Shown: piece by piece, positions 43,411-51,982 of the stretch
Position numbering within the stretch: position 1 is the stretch's first letter
Layout of the letters: each line of letters starts with the position of its first letter
Made by a program: the position numbers and the translations under genes
Source of the DNA: an uncultured Gammaproteobacteria bacterium
Lineage (GTDB): Bacteria; Patescibacteriota; Microgenomatia; Daviesbacterales; UBA10151
Direction of reading: 5' to 3'
Length of the DNA: 64,000 bases
Assembly (NCBI GenBank): GCA_964394855.1
Contig: CAYMZD010000003.1
Span: 94,041-158,040, forward strand
The notes under the pieces: generated by a model
The model's input: only the letters and a program-made list of their open reading frames with translations
Databases searched by the model: none
Told to the model about the DNA's origin: nothing

Positions 43411-44467
43411 AAATATTTTTATAAACTTCCACTGTTTCATCGGTTGTTTTTTCCCAAGAAAATATCTCTGCTTGTAAAATTCCCAATTTAGATAATTTAT
43501 TTCTTAAAGAAGCATCCTCCAATAGTCTACTTAATAATTCGAAAAATTGCTCGGGATTTTGGGGATTAAAATATAAAGCAGCATCCCCCCCCACCTCCTT
43601 TAAACTACCGGTGTTAGAGGAGATAACAGGACAACCACACCTCATAGCTTCTAGAATTGGCAAACCAAATCCTTCATAAAGAGAAGGTTGGACATAAACA
43701 GTAGCTAAATTATAAAATCCCACCAAATCATCCGCTGGTACTTGACCAGGCATTAAAATTTTCTCTCTTAGTTTAAATTTATCAATTTTGTAGAAAACCT
43801 GTCTTAAGCTATCTAATTCTGGATGGATAATATTATCAATTTTTTTCAAAAATACTCCTCCGACCAAAACTAACCTCATCTCTCCAAAACTACTCCCTAA
43901 TTTTTTAAAACAATCTATTAAGAAAGGTAGATTTTTAACGAAATTTGCATCGCCAACATAAAGTAAAAATTTTTTTGGCAATTTGTATTTTTTTTGAACT
44001 CTCAATTTTTCTGAATCTGAAAGAAGTTTAAAATTTTCATCTGCAGCCAAGGGGATCACCTGCACTTTTTCCCCAGAAATCTTCAAAGTCTTCACAATAT
44101 CGGATTTTGAAATTTTAGAATCTGTTATGATGGCTTTACAACTTTTTAATGCTAGTCTTTGCAAGAAAAAATTTAATTTGCCCTTGATCCCAATAGGATA
44201 TGCCTGTTGAAACAGTAGCGGAATAACATCATGAACTGTCACCACTGTGGGAAACTTTTTTCTAATAGGCAGTGTGTGGAAAAATAAATCAAACCAAGGA
44301 AAGTGCATAACATCTACCTCTTTAATTTCGGAGGTTTTATCAAATTCTAAAACCTCCACATCAGTTCTTTTTTTAAGCTGCTCTAGCAAATTTCTAGTAT
44401 AAGCACCTATACCCCTTGCTTGATGTGCTGTATTAAGTGGAAATGTATTTATGGCAACTTTCATCAT
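43400..44467 (-). CDS. GT4 glycosyltransferase (MtfB/WbdA-like)
   Basis: RGIGAY, TVHDVIP, PSLYEGFGLPILEAM, EVGGDAA. Confidence 0.92.
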   Translation of the reverse strand: MMKVAINTFPLNTAHQARGIGAYTRNLLEQLKKRTDVEVLEFDKTSEIKEVDVMHFPWFDLFFHTLPIRKKFPTVVTVHDVIPLLFQQAYPIGIKGKLNFFLQRLALKSCKAIITDSKISKSDIVKTLKISGEKVQVIPLAADENFKLLSDSEKLRVQKKYKLPKKFLLYVGDANFVKNLPFLIDCFKKLGSSFGEMRLVLVGGVFLKKIDNIIHPELDSLRQVFYKIDKFKLREKILMPGQVPADDLVGFYNLATVYVQPSLYEGFGLPILEAMRCGCPVISSNTGSLKEVGGDAALYFNPQNPEQFFELLSRLLEDASLRNKLSKLGILQAEIFSWEKTTDETVEVYKNICEK

Positions 44468-45324
44468 TTTTTAAGATATCTAAAGTAAGCCCTGGGAAAT
44501 CTCAAAGATGAAAAAAGCGAGAAAATAATTCCTTGAAACCCATCTAATATACCTTTGTGTCTCATTTGAGTCCATAAAAACCACCACAATGGTTTAATCA
44601 GAAAATAATTTATCAGTTGAGACAAATTTTTATCTACCCTTTGATCTTTAAGTTCGGCTGCGATTAAATCAATGTAACGACTGTTTCTTTCTAAGTAACG
44701 CCCAAAAGTGGGATCAGCTATATGTAATAAGTCACTTGCTAACCATCCTACACGTCCTTCGACTGCAATTTGTTCATGAACGCTTTTACAAGGAAAATAT
44801 GCTTTATTTTTTTTAACTAATCTAATTACTCCATCCGGATAAACTCCACCATATCTTAGAAATTTTCCCAAAAAAAAGTTCAGTCTGGGAATAAAAAATG
44901 CATCATAAGAACCATTATCTTTACCTATTTTCCCATCTCTTTTTTCTATTAAGCTCTGATGCCGCAGGAAAAGCTTTCTGTTTTTCAAAGATTGTTGATA
45001 TTTTTCTAACTGCTCATCATCCATCTGAGTCACATTCATAATTTCCATTGCCAATTTGCGACTTACTCTTTCGTCTGCATCCAATTGTAATATCCACTGA
45101 TTGCTGGCTAAATCCAAGGCTATCTGTTTATTGATATGAAATATGGCAGGATTATCTCTAACCTCTATCTTGGCCCCAAATCGTTTAGCAACCTCTACTG
45201 TCTGATCGCTAGATGACCCATCCACAATGACAATTTCATCAGCTAAACCAGCTACTGATTTTAAACAATCACCAATATTTTTTTCTTCATTAAAAGTGGC
45301 TAAAACCACTGAAAGTTTCTTCAT
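44464..45324 (-). CDS. GT2 beta-1,4-glucosyltransferase-like (WaaE/KdtX family)
   Basis: NEEKNIGDCL, ADEIVIVDGSSSD, LDADER, YPDGVIRL, VHE, GILDG. Confidence 0.87.
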   Translation of the reverse strand: MKKLSVVLATFNEEKNIGDCLKSVAGLADEIVIVDGSSSDQTVEVAKRFGAKIEVRDNPAIFHINKQIALDLASNQWILQLDADERVSRKLAMEIMNVTQMDDEQLEKYQQSLKNRKLFLRHQSLIEKRDGKIGKDNGSYDAFFIPRLNFFLGKFLRYGGVYPDGVIRLVKKNKAYFPCKSVHEQIAVEGRVGWLASDLLHIADPTFGRYLERNSRYIDLIAAELKDQRVDKNLSQLINYFLIKPLWWFLWTQMRHKGILDGFQGIIFSLFSSLRFPRAYFRYLKK

Positions 45325-46955
45325 GTTCCTAAAATTAAAAATGCTGGCTGACCATTGGGGAAGTCAACTCTGTCCATTATTTTAACATCTTTGGGGATTT
45401 CATCCTCTGTTCCTATAAATAAGGTGTCCTTTTGGTTTTTGATTTCTTCTGGATCAATTTTTCTAAACTGATATTTGTCAAAACTTCTCACGGTCCCAAA
45501 GTTAAATTTATCTCTAGGGGAAAGCTTGGCTTGTGGTTGATATTTTTTAGGATCATATTTTTTGTAAAACAAAAGTAGAATGTAAGGTTGATCATATCTA
45601 TCTGTAATTATTATATTATTATAGTGTGGTTCATACTGAACCAACTTAGACACCATTTGCTTAAAACCATATTCGAAGGCTTGAGGATATCTTTCGGGAT
45701 AATGAATATAATAGCTTTCTAAGTAATGAGTAAATTCAAATACTATTATAATAATTATAAAAATTATAATAGTTATATTAAAAAACCTTTTAAATTCTCT
45801 TAATTTTTTTATTACCATCCATAAACCATAACCCATTACCAAAGTCAGGGGTATTACTAAATTCAGCGCTCTTAGGGCGTGTGGTGTTTGAAAAGTTACG
45901 CTTGATGCCAAGGGTGCTATTAAAATCCAAAATATTAAAAGCTTGGCGTGGTTAATCTTAAATTTAACTAAAGCAACTAAACCCAAAATTAAGAATAAAG
46001 ATTCAATCACAAAAAATTGTCCAGTTTCCGGTACTTTATTTCGAATAATAGGATCACCATTTATAAAAAGAAAGTCGGGTTTAAAATGATCCAGGTAATG
46101 ACCCAAAAAGCTCGGGACATAAGCTGTCAGTTTGTTATGTAAAATTTGATTGGATAAACTATGGAGATCACCATGCTCCCCCCTAAGCTCATCCACTCTT
46201 GATACAGGCCCAGCATCTGCCAAAAATGACAGTCCTTCAAATCTGGCACTCCCAGTACCGGACAAAAACTGAAATGCTAGTGGCATGGCGAAAAAAAGCA
46301 GTACACCAGTCGATATCAATATTTTCCTTACTCTTAACTTACTAAGTATCAGGGTAAAATCCTGTCTATATAAAGTAAATAAAATAACCAGAAAAACTGG
46401 CACTATTAAACGGGGGCTTTGATAGATATACATGGAAACAAGAAATGAGAATAAACTCCACCATAATAAATAAAAATTTGATAGCCCTTTTAGAAAAAGC
46501 AAAATTCCTAAAGTTATGAAAAATGTAGCCGCATTTGTCTCCCAGCCACCCCTTGAAAAATGCAGGTGCCAAGGAGAGATGGCTAAAAGCAGACTAGACA
46601 AAATCCCCACCCATCTGTTTTTGAAAACTTCTTTGGCTAAAAAATATATTAAAATAACTGTACCAATACCTAAAAGTGCCGAAGGGAGCCTGATGGCCCA
46701 TTCATCTAAGCCAAGTGTGGCTACAAAGGGGATTACAAAATAAAAGTACAGTCCAGGTTTATAATCCCCAAATGATTTGAAAGTTAAAGGCCAAAAGCTA
46801 CCATACTCGTCTTTACCTGTTTGCCAAATGGAATAGGCATTATAACCAATAGATGCCTCATCGCCATTAAATCCTGCTGGATATTGATCTAGAGCCCAAA
46901 GTCGCAAAACTGCAGCTAAAATTAATATTAAAATAAATAAAATTCTAAATTTCAT
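45321..46955 (-). CDS. ArnT/PMT_2-like GT-C glycosyltransferase (5-paralog family)
   Basis: GDEASIGYNAYSIWQTGKDEYG, FGDYKP, ISPWHLHFSR; ATG 46955 (ORF track TTG 46985). Confidence 0.85.
   Translation of the reverse strand: MKFRILFILILILAAVLRLWALDQYPAGFNGDEASIGYNAYSIWQTGKDEYGSFWPLTFKSFGDYKPGLYFYFVIPFVATLGLDEWAIRLPSALLGIGTVILIYFLAKEVFKNRWVGILSSLLLAISPWHLHFSRGGWETNAATFFITLGILLFLKGLSNFYLLWWSLFSFLVSMYIYQSPRLIVPVFLVILFTLYRQDFTLILSKLRVRKILISTGVLLFFAMPLAFQFLSGTGSARFEGLSFLADAGPVSRVDELRGEHGDLHSLSNQILHNKLTAYVPSFLGHYLDHFKPDFLFINGDPIIRNKVPETGQFFVIESLFLILGLVALVKFKINHAKLLIFWILIAPLASSVTFQTPHALRALNLVIPLTLVMGYGLWMVIKKLREFKRFFNITIIIFIIIIIVFEFTHYLESYYIHYPERYPQAFEYGFKQMVSKLVQYEPHYNNIIITDRYDQPYILLLFYKKYDPKKYQPQAKLSPRDKFNFGTVRSFDKYQFRKIDPEEIKNQKDTLFIGTEDEIPKDVKIMDRVDFPNGQPAFLILGT
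46810..46847. repeat. 38-bp exact direct repeat shared with 48443-48480
   Basis: tctttacctgtttgccaaatggaataggcattataacc present in both adjacent paralogs. Confidence 0.9.
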
Positions 46956-46968
46956 CTTTTTTAAGTCC

Positions 46969-48594
46969 TTATAAAGTTTCAACAATCTTTAGCGCCCGCT
47001 CGCCATTTAGGAAATTTATCTCTTTTAAAACTTTAAACTCCTTAAATGGTAGTATGTCTTTATCTGGTAATTCTTCTTCCGGACCCACAAACAGAGTATT
47101 TTTTAATCCCCTATCTGATGGCCAATAAATGTGGCGAAACTCAATACTATCAATTCTTCTGACAGTTCCCACATCAACAGTTGGTTGATCTAAGATGGCT
47201 TGTTTTTGAAATTTTTCAGGAGGATATTTTGAATAAAATAAATAATAAATATAGGGCTGCCCGTAAGAATCACTAATAATCACCTTTTGATATTGATCCA
47301 TCAAAGGTTTTATTTCCTCTAGCACTTGGCGATATCCATAGAGCCAATATTTTGAATACTCTTTGGGAGCATGAATAAAATATCTATCCAGATAAATTAA
47401 AAAGTTCAAAGCGATCACGACCGTAGTTAAAGCCAAAAAGATATAAAACCATTTCCGAGTCAGTTTCTTGGCAAAATTTAATAATAAAAAGAGACCTCCA
47501 CCTTCCAGGATTGCCAGTGGAACAACCATATTTAAGGCCCGCAGTAAACTAATTAAGTCCCTTGATAAAACAGCTGGCATTGGTGCTAATAAAATCCAGG
47601 CGAGTAAAACCTTACCTCCTAATCCACTAAATTTCACAAAATAAACTATTCCCAAGGGAATTAAAACTGCCGAGAAATAATAAAGCGCTCCCAAATCAGG
47701 AACCCGATGGCGCTGGGAAGCCTCACCATCTATAAATAACATTTTGGGTGAAAAATAAATTAGGTATCGCTCGGCCAATCCTTTGGTATATGTCCACCAC
47801 TCTCCATGCAAAACTTGAAATTCAAAACTACTTTTATTTAACCCATCCTCTTTTGAAATATTAGTTATCTCTGCTGGTGAACGTTGATATGCAAAAAGGT
47901 TTTGGACCATTAGTCTTGAAGTTTGACCAGTTAAAAATGTACTAAAAAATAAAATTATTAAAAAAATTGTAAATATTGATAGCCCGATAAATCCTTTCCT
48001 AAAACTAATTATTAAGAAGGCAACTAAAATTGGTAAAAATACTCTAGATCCTTGATATGTAAAAAGGGCTATTCCCCACACTAGCGCCCCCCAAAGGAAC
48101 AATTTTTTCTGATTTAGTCCCCTAATAAATAAATAAGTTCCCAATAAATTTAGAAATAAAGCTACATTAGCCTCAAAAGCAGGTCTGGAAAATTGAATAT
48201 GCCAAGGACTAATAGTTAAAAAAAATGATGAAAAGAGTGCTAAATGTTCATTTTTAAATAATGCTTTTACCAAAAAATAGATTAATGCTACAGTAGCAAT
48301 ACCAAATATAACTGATGGAAGTCTCACAGCAAACTCGTTTAACCCCAAAATGGCCACAAAAGGGACGTCCAGATAAGCATAAACAGCTGGTTTAAAATCC
48401 CCAAAAGATTTCAAATTTAGGGGCAAGACTGCCCCATATTCATCTTTACCTGTTTGCCAAATGGAATAGGCATTATAACCTAGCGCAGCTTCATCCCAAG
48501 TTAGCCCAGGCGGATTAGATGATAAACTCCAAAATCTTAATATTCCAGCCAAGATAAGAATAACTAATAGAAGATAGTATTGTTTAACAAGCAC
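46969..48594 (-). CDS. ArnT/PMT_2-like GT-C glycosyltransferase (5-paralog family)
   Basis: WDEAALGYNAYSIWQTGKDEYG, FGDFKP, ISPWHIQFSR. Confidence 0.85.
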   Translation of the reverse strand: MLVKQYYLLLVILILAGILRFWSLSSNPPGLTWDEAALGYNAYSIWQTGKDEYGAVLPLNLKSFGDFKPAVYAYLDVPFVAILGLNEFAVRLPSVIFGIATVALIYFLVKALFKNEHLALFSSFFLTISPWHIQFSRPAFEANVALFLNLLGTYLFIRGLNQKKLFLWGALVWGIALFTYQGSRVFLPILVAFLIISFRKGFIGLSIFTIFLIILFFSTFLTGQTSRLMVQNLFAYQRSPAEITNISKEDGLNKSSFEFQVLHGEWWTYTKGLAERYLIYFSPKMLFIDGEASQRHRVPDLGALYYFSAVLIPLGIVYFVKFSGLGGKVLLAWILLAPMPAVLSRDLISLLRALNMVVPLAILEGGGLFLLLNFAKKLTRKWFYIFLALTTVVIALNFLIYLDRYFIHAPKEYSKYWLYGYRQVLEEIKPLMDQYQKVIISDSYGQPYIYYLFYSKYPPEKFQKQAILDQPTVDVGTVRRIDSIEFRHIYWPSDRGLKNTLFVGPEEELPDKDILPFKEFKVLKEINFLNGERALKIVETL

Positions 48595-48598
48595 ATCT

Positions 48599-50287
48599 TT
48601 ATTGTACCTGGGGAAGTTCCACTATATCAAATGCCGGTTTACCATCTAGGAAGTTGGTAGTTTGGAGAAACTTACTACCACTGGGATAATTCCCCGGGCT
48701 TGTTATTAATAAACTATTCATTCTTAAGTTTTCATTCCCGCCTTTGGCGAGGCTCGCCTCTGGCGGCCTAACTCTATTTTTTACTTCCCAATCATTAACA
48801 AAATAGTATTTATCAAATCGATCTACCCAATACCAATTTGATTTTGGGTATCTTATTAAATTAGGGTCTTGTTGATATTTGGCCGGGTCATATTGTAAAT
48901 AAAAAAGTAAAAATTCATGTGGTTCCCCATATTTTTTGGTGATAAAAATTTGATCATACTGACCAGCGTTTTGTTTAATATAATCAGCCACTTCTCTGTA
49001 ACCATATTGCCAAGCAAATGAATAATTCTGTGGATAAATAAACCAAAAATTATAAAAATAATTTACCAAAGATGTCACTATAATTATTAAAAAAATTGTT
49101 AATACAGCCGGTTTGAATTTCGCGGCCCTACCTTTAAACCAGCTCAAAAATATTCCCCATCCCAAAACTGTAATAATAAATACTACTGGCATCATGGTCA
49201 TGGATCTGACCACCTGGTAGGAATCCCTGGTGATGGCAGCTGGAATTGGTGATAAAATTAGCCAAGTTAAAAGAAATTTTTTATCTGCAGAGTGTTTCTT
49301 AAACCCAAGCACCAGCATTAATAAACCTAGATAAAAAAATGGTAGCTCAACAGGGTATATCACCCCAAAATGCGGTACGCTAAACTGATATTGGGTTCCA
49401 CCTTCTAAACCTAAATAAGTGGGGCTAAAATAACCTAAATAATTAGAGGCAGATTTTGTCAAAAAATAGGTAAATTTATTGTATAAAATTTCTGATAAAG
49501 CAGGCGATAAGTTTGATTGCTGGCGCAGTTTGTTTATTTCATTAATCGCCCCCTCATCTAGTATACCTACCCACACTATCCTGGCCGAACCTGTCGGCGA
49601 TAGTACAACTGGGATTAAGGGCAGAAAGAAAAGAGAAAAAATAAGCAAGCTAGATACTAAAAAGACTTTGCTTTTTTTAATATTTATTCTAAACATAAAG
49701 AGTAACAAAATAAAAATTGCTGGAGCTAAAATCCTGGTATTATGATAAGCATAAGCAGAAATTCCAATGCAGAGCAGGCCAAATATTGACCATTTAAAGC
49801 CGCTGGATATGCCTTTTAGAAAAAGCCAAACTCCAAGAGAGAGAAAAAGTATTGCCGGGGTAGCCTGCAATACTTGACGGCTGGTTAAAATACCCCAAGG
49901 TGAAATAGCAACTAGAAAAGCTGCCAAAAGTGACAATTTAGTGTTTTTTAAAAAATAAGTTACTAATAAATATACAACTATTATCATTAATGAACCAAAC
50001 AAAGCTGAAGGTAACCTGATAGAGAACTCATTTAATCCAAAAAGCAAAATACCAGGCATTGATAAATACATATATAAAGGAGTGGGATAATCTCCATATG
50101 CTCTAAAGTTTGTTATGGGAAGAAGTTGTCCCCATTCATCTTGGCCAGTTTTTAAAATTGAATAGGCATTATATCCATGAGAAACTTCATCCCAATTTAA
50201 ACTTGGAGGATTTTTATCGAGTCCATAAAATCGAAGTATTACTCCCACTATTAAAATCAAAACTAAAGTTAGCTTTGCTCTACTCAT
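48599..50287 (-). CDS. ArnT/PMT_2-like GT-C glycosyltransferase (5-paralog family)
   Basis: WDEVSHGYNAYSILKTGQDEWG, IRLPSA, ISPW. Confidence 0.85.
   Translation of the reverse strand: MSRAKLTLVLILIVGVILRFYGLDKNPPSLNWDEVSHGYNAYSILKTGQDEWGQLLPITNFRAYGDYPTPLYMYLSMPGILLFGLNEFSIRLPSALFGSLMIIVVYLLVTYFLKNTKLSLLAAFLVAISPWGILTSRQVLQATPAILFLSLGVWLFLKGISSGFKWSIFGLLCIGISAYAYHNTRILAPAIFILLLFMFRINIKKSKVFLVSSLLIFSLFFLPLIPVVLSPTGSARIVWVGILDEGAINEINKLRQQSNLSPALSEILYNKFTYFLTKSASNYLGYFSPTYLGLEGGTQYQFSVPHFGVIYPVELPFFYLGLLMLVLGFKKHSADKKFLLTWLILSPIPAAITRDSYQVVRSMTMMPVVFIITVLGWGIFLSWFKGRAAKFKPAVLTIFLIIIVTSLVNYFYNFWFIYPQNYSFAWQYGYREVADYIKQNAGQYDQIFITKKYGEPHEFLLFYLQYDPAKYQQDPNLIRYPKSNWYWVDRFDKYYFVNDWEVKNRVRPPEASLAKGGNENLRMNSLLITSPGNYPSGSKFLQTTNFLDGKPAFDIVELPQVQ
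48738..48766. repeat. GC-rich nested palindrome inside a CDS (REP-like)
   Basis: CCGCC-TTT-GGCGAG-G-CTCGCC-TCT-GGCGG. Confidence 0.8.
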
Positions 50288-51968
50288 TTTTTCTTGATTT
50301 AGCCAATATTAAAAGCAACATAAACGAAAAAAGGGACAGAGCTGATATGGTGTTTCCCACAGTCCTAATTGTGGTGTTTTCAAATTTTAACTTAATTTGC
50401 TTTTGTCCTTTATCAAGTCTTAAAGTTATTAACCCTAAATCGTCACTAGGGTATAAATTTACTTTTTTTGATTCCACAAAAGCTGTCCAACCCGGAAAAT
50501 AAACTATTGGAATCTGCAAAGTTGCATTCTCTGATTGGATATTTATATCATATGTAGCTTTGTTACTTCTTTTTTCAATAAGTTTACCTGATCCGCTCCC
50601 AGCAGTTACAATAGGATCGCTTGGAGCCAAGCCAATTGGCAAAACCTTGGCTGTTTTGGGCCAGAAATCGTAGATATGCGCAGAAGATACTTGCCAAATA
50701 TAAGTGCTACCACTAAATTGATCTTTATCGGAAAACTTAAACCATAAATCCTCGAAGAAAAAGCCGGTATTTAGGGCGATTAAGATCGCAGCAACAACAG
50801 CTAAACTTACTACCCTTACCATATCTTTCACCGCCAATATGTATAGTGCTCCTACGCTTACTGCAAACGCAAATACAGCTGATCCTAAAAATCGCCAAGG
50901 AAATTGAATATAGGCCATAGCTGGTAGGGTTGTCCATATAAAAGTTGACTTATTATGAGTTAAAAAGAGTGCTATCCATCCTAAAGCAAAAAACACAAAA
51001 AATGGAGCCGCACCCTTAAATTTCCTTCTAGCTGTGATTAAAATTAGTATCAGGATGGGTAATATCCATTGAACTTGACCAACCGATAAACTTAATCTAT
51101 CATCATCTCCCCAAAGAGATGCTCCATAACCCCAATACCTGGAAATTAAAAGTTGCTTTAATGTCGTAAAGTGAACACTGAAGTCGTAGTATCCCTGGGT
51201 AGTTTGTCCAACCGAGATTAGATTATTTTCCACTACCACCGGCAAAATATAAAATGCAGTTAGACCAAATGTTAGAAAACCAACTAATACAAATTTGGGG
51301 AGCAAATTCCATGCTCGATTTTGAGTTAAAATAAAGATCGCCCAAATTGCTAAAATTATCAGAAACATTAGCGCAGATAGATTATGAGTTAGGATCAGTG
51401 CGCCGTATGATAATCCAAAAAATAGCAACGAGGAGAGTCTCTTTTTAAAAACATAATCATTAAAAAAATAGATAACAAGAGGAAAAAAGATGAACGCTAA
51501 CGCTTCTGGCAAAGCCCCTCTGACAAAAATATCAACTGCTCGATATGGTGCATAAGTGTAAACTAAACTAGAAGCAAGAGCTGCAAAGTTGTTTTTCCAC
51601 AGCTGCTTACTTAGTAAAAACATGGTTAAAGCGGAAACAACCAAAGAGGCAACAAATAAGGCTTTGATTGAATCTAAAACAGACAGCCCTAAAAGGATAA
51701 AAACCTCGCCAAAAGCATACGGAGCTTGGGCATAATAATTAAACACTGGTTGTCCATATTCGAAGGTAGCATCTTGAGCCCACCTGCAGGGAATTTGTAA
51801 ATCTGCAATACATTTATCATATTCATAAAGTCTAAAAACATGAAAATCATGCATGGAAAAAATCCCAGGACGTAACATCCTCCAAAAAGTAGGAATAATA
51901 AGAACTAAAAGGAGCAAAATTATTAAAAATGTTTTGTTTTTAAGTATTTTCTTAAATATCATCTTCAC
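50280..51968 (-). CDS. PTPS-related/YfhO-like GT-C membrane protein
   Basis: MHD..PCRW..YGQPVFNYY, YAPYRAVDIFVRGALPE, QFPWRF, YFPGW; alternative ATG 51962 with GGAGG. Confidence 0.8.
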   Translation of the reverse strand: MKMIFKKILKNKTFLIILLLLVLIIPTFWRMLRPGIFSMHDFHVFRLYEYDKCIADLQIPCRWAQDATFEYGQPVFNYYAQAPYAFGEVFILLGLSVLDSIKALFVASLVVSALTMFLLSKQLWKNNFAALASSLVYTYAPYRAVDIFVRGALPEALAFIFFPLVIYFFNDYVFKKRLSSLLFFGLSYGALILTHNLSALMFLIILAIWAIFILTQNRAWNLLPKFVLVGFLTFGLTAFYILPVVVENNLISVGQTTQGYYDFSVHFTTLKQLLISRYWGYGASLWGDDDRLSLSVGQVQWILPILILILITARRKFKGAAPFFVFFALGWIALFLTHNKSTFIWTTLPAMAYIQFPWRFLGSAVFAFAVSVGALYILAVKDMVRVVSLAVVAAILIALNTGFFFEDLWFKFSDKDQFSGSTYIWQVSSAHIYDFWPKTAKVLPIGLAPSDPIVTAGSGSGKLIEKRSNKATYDINIQSENATLQIPIVYFPGWTAFVESKKVNLYPSDDLGLITLRLDKGQKQIKLKFENTTIRTVGNTISALSLFSFMLLLILAKSRKNE

Positions 51969-51982
51969 ACCTCCAGGGTGTG
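51966..51982. repeat. Short GC-rich hairpin filling the intergenic gap
   Basis: CACACC-TCCAG-GGTGTG. Confidence 0.6.
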
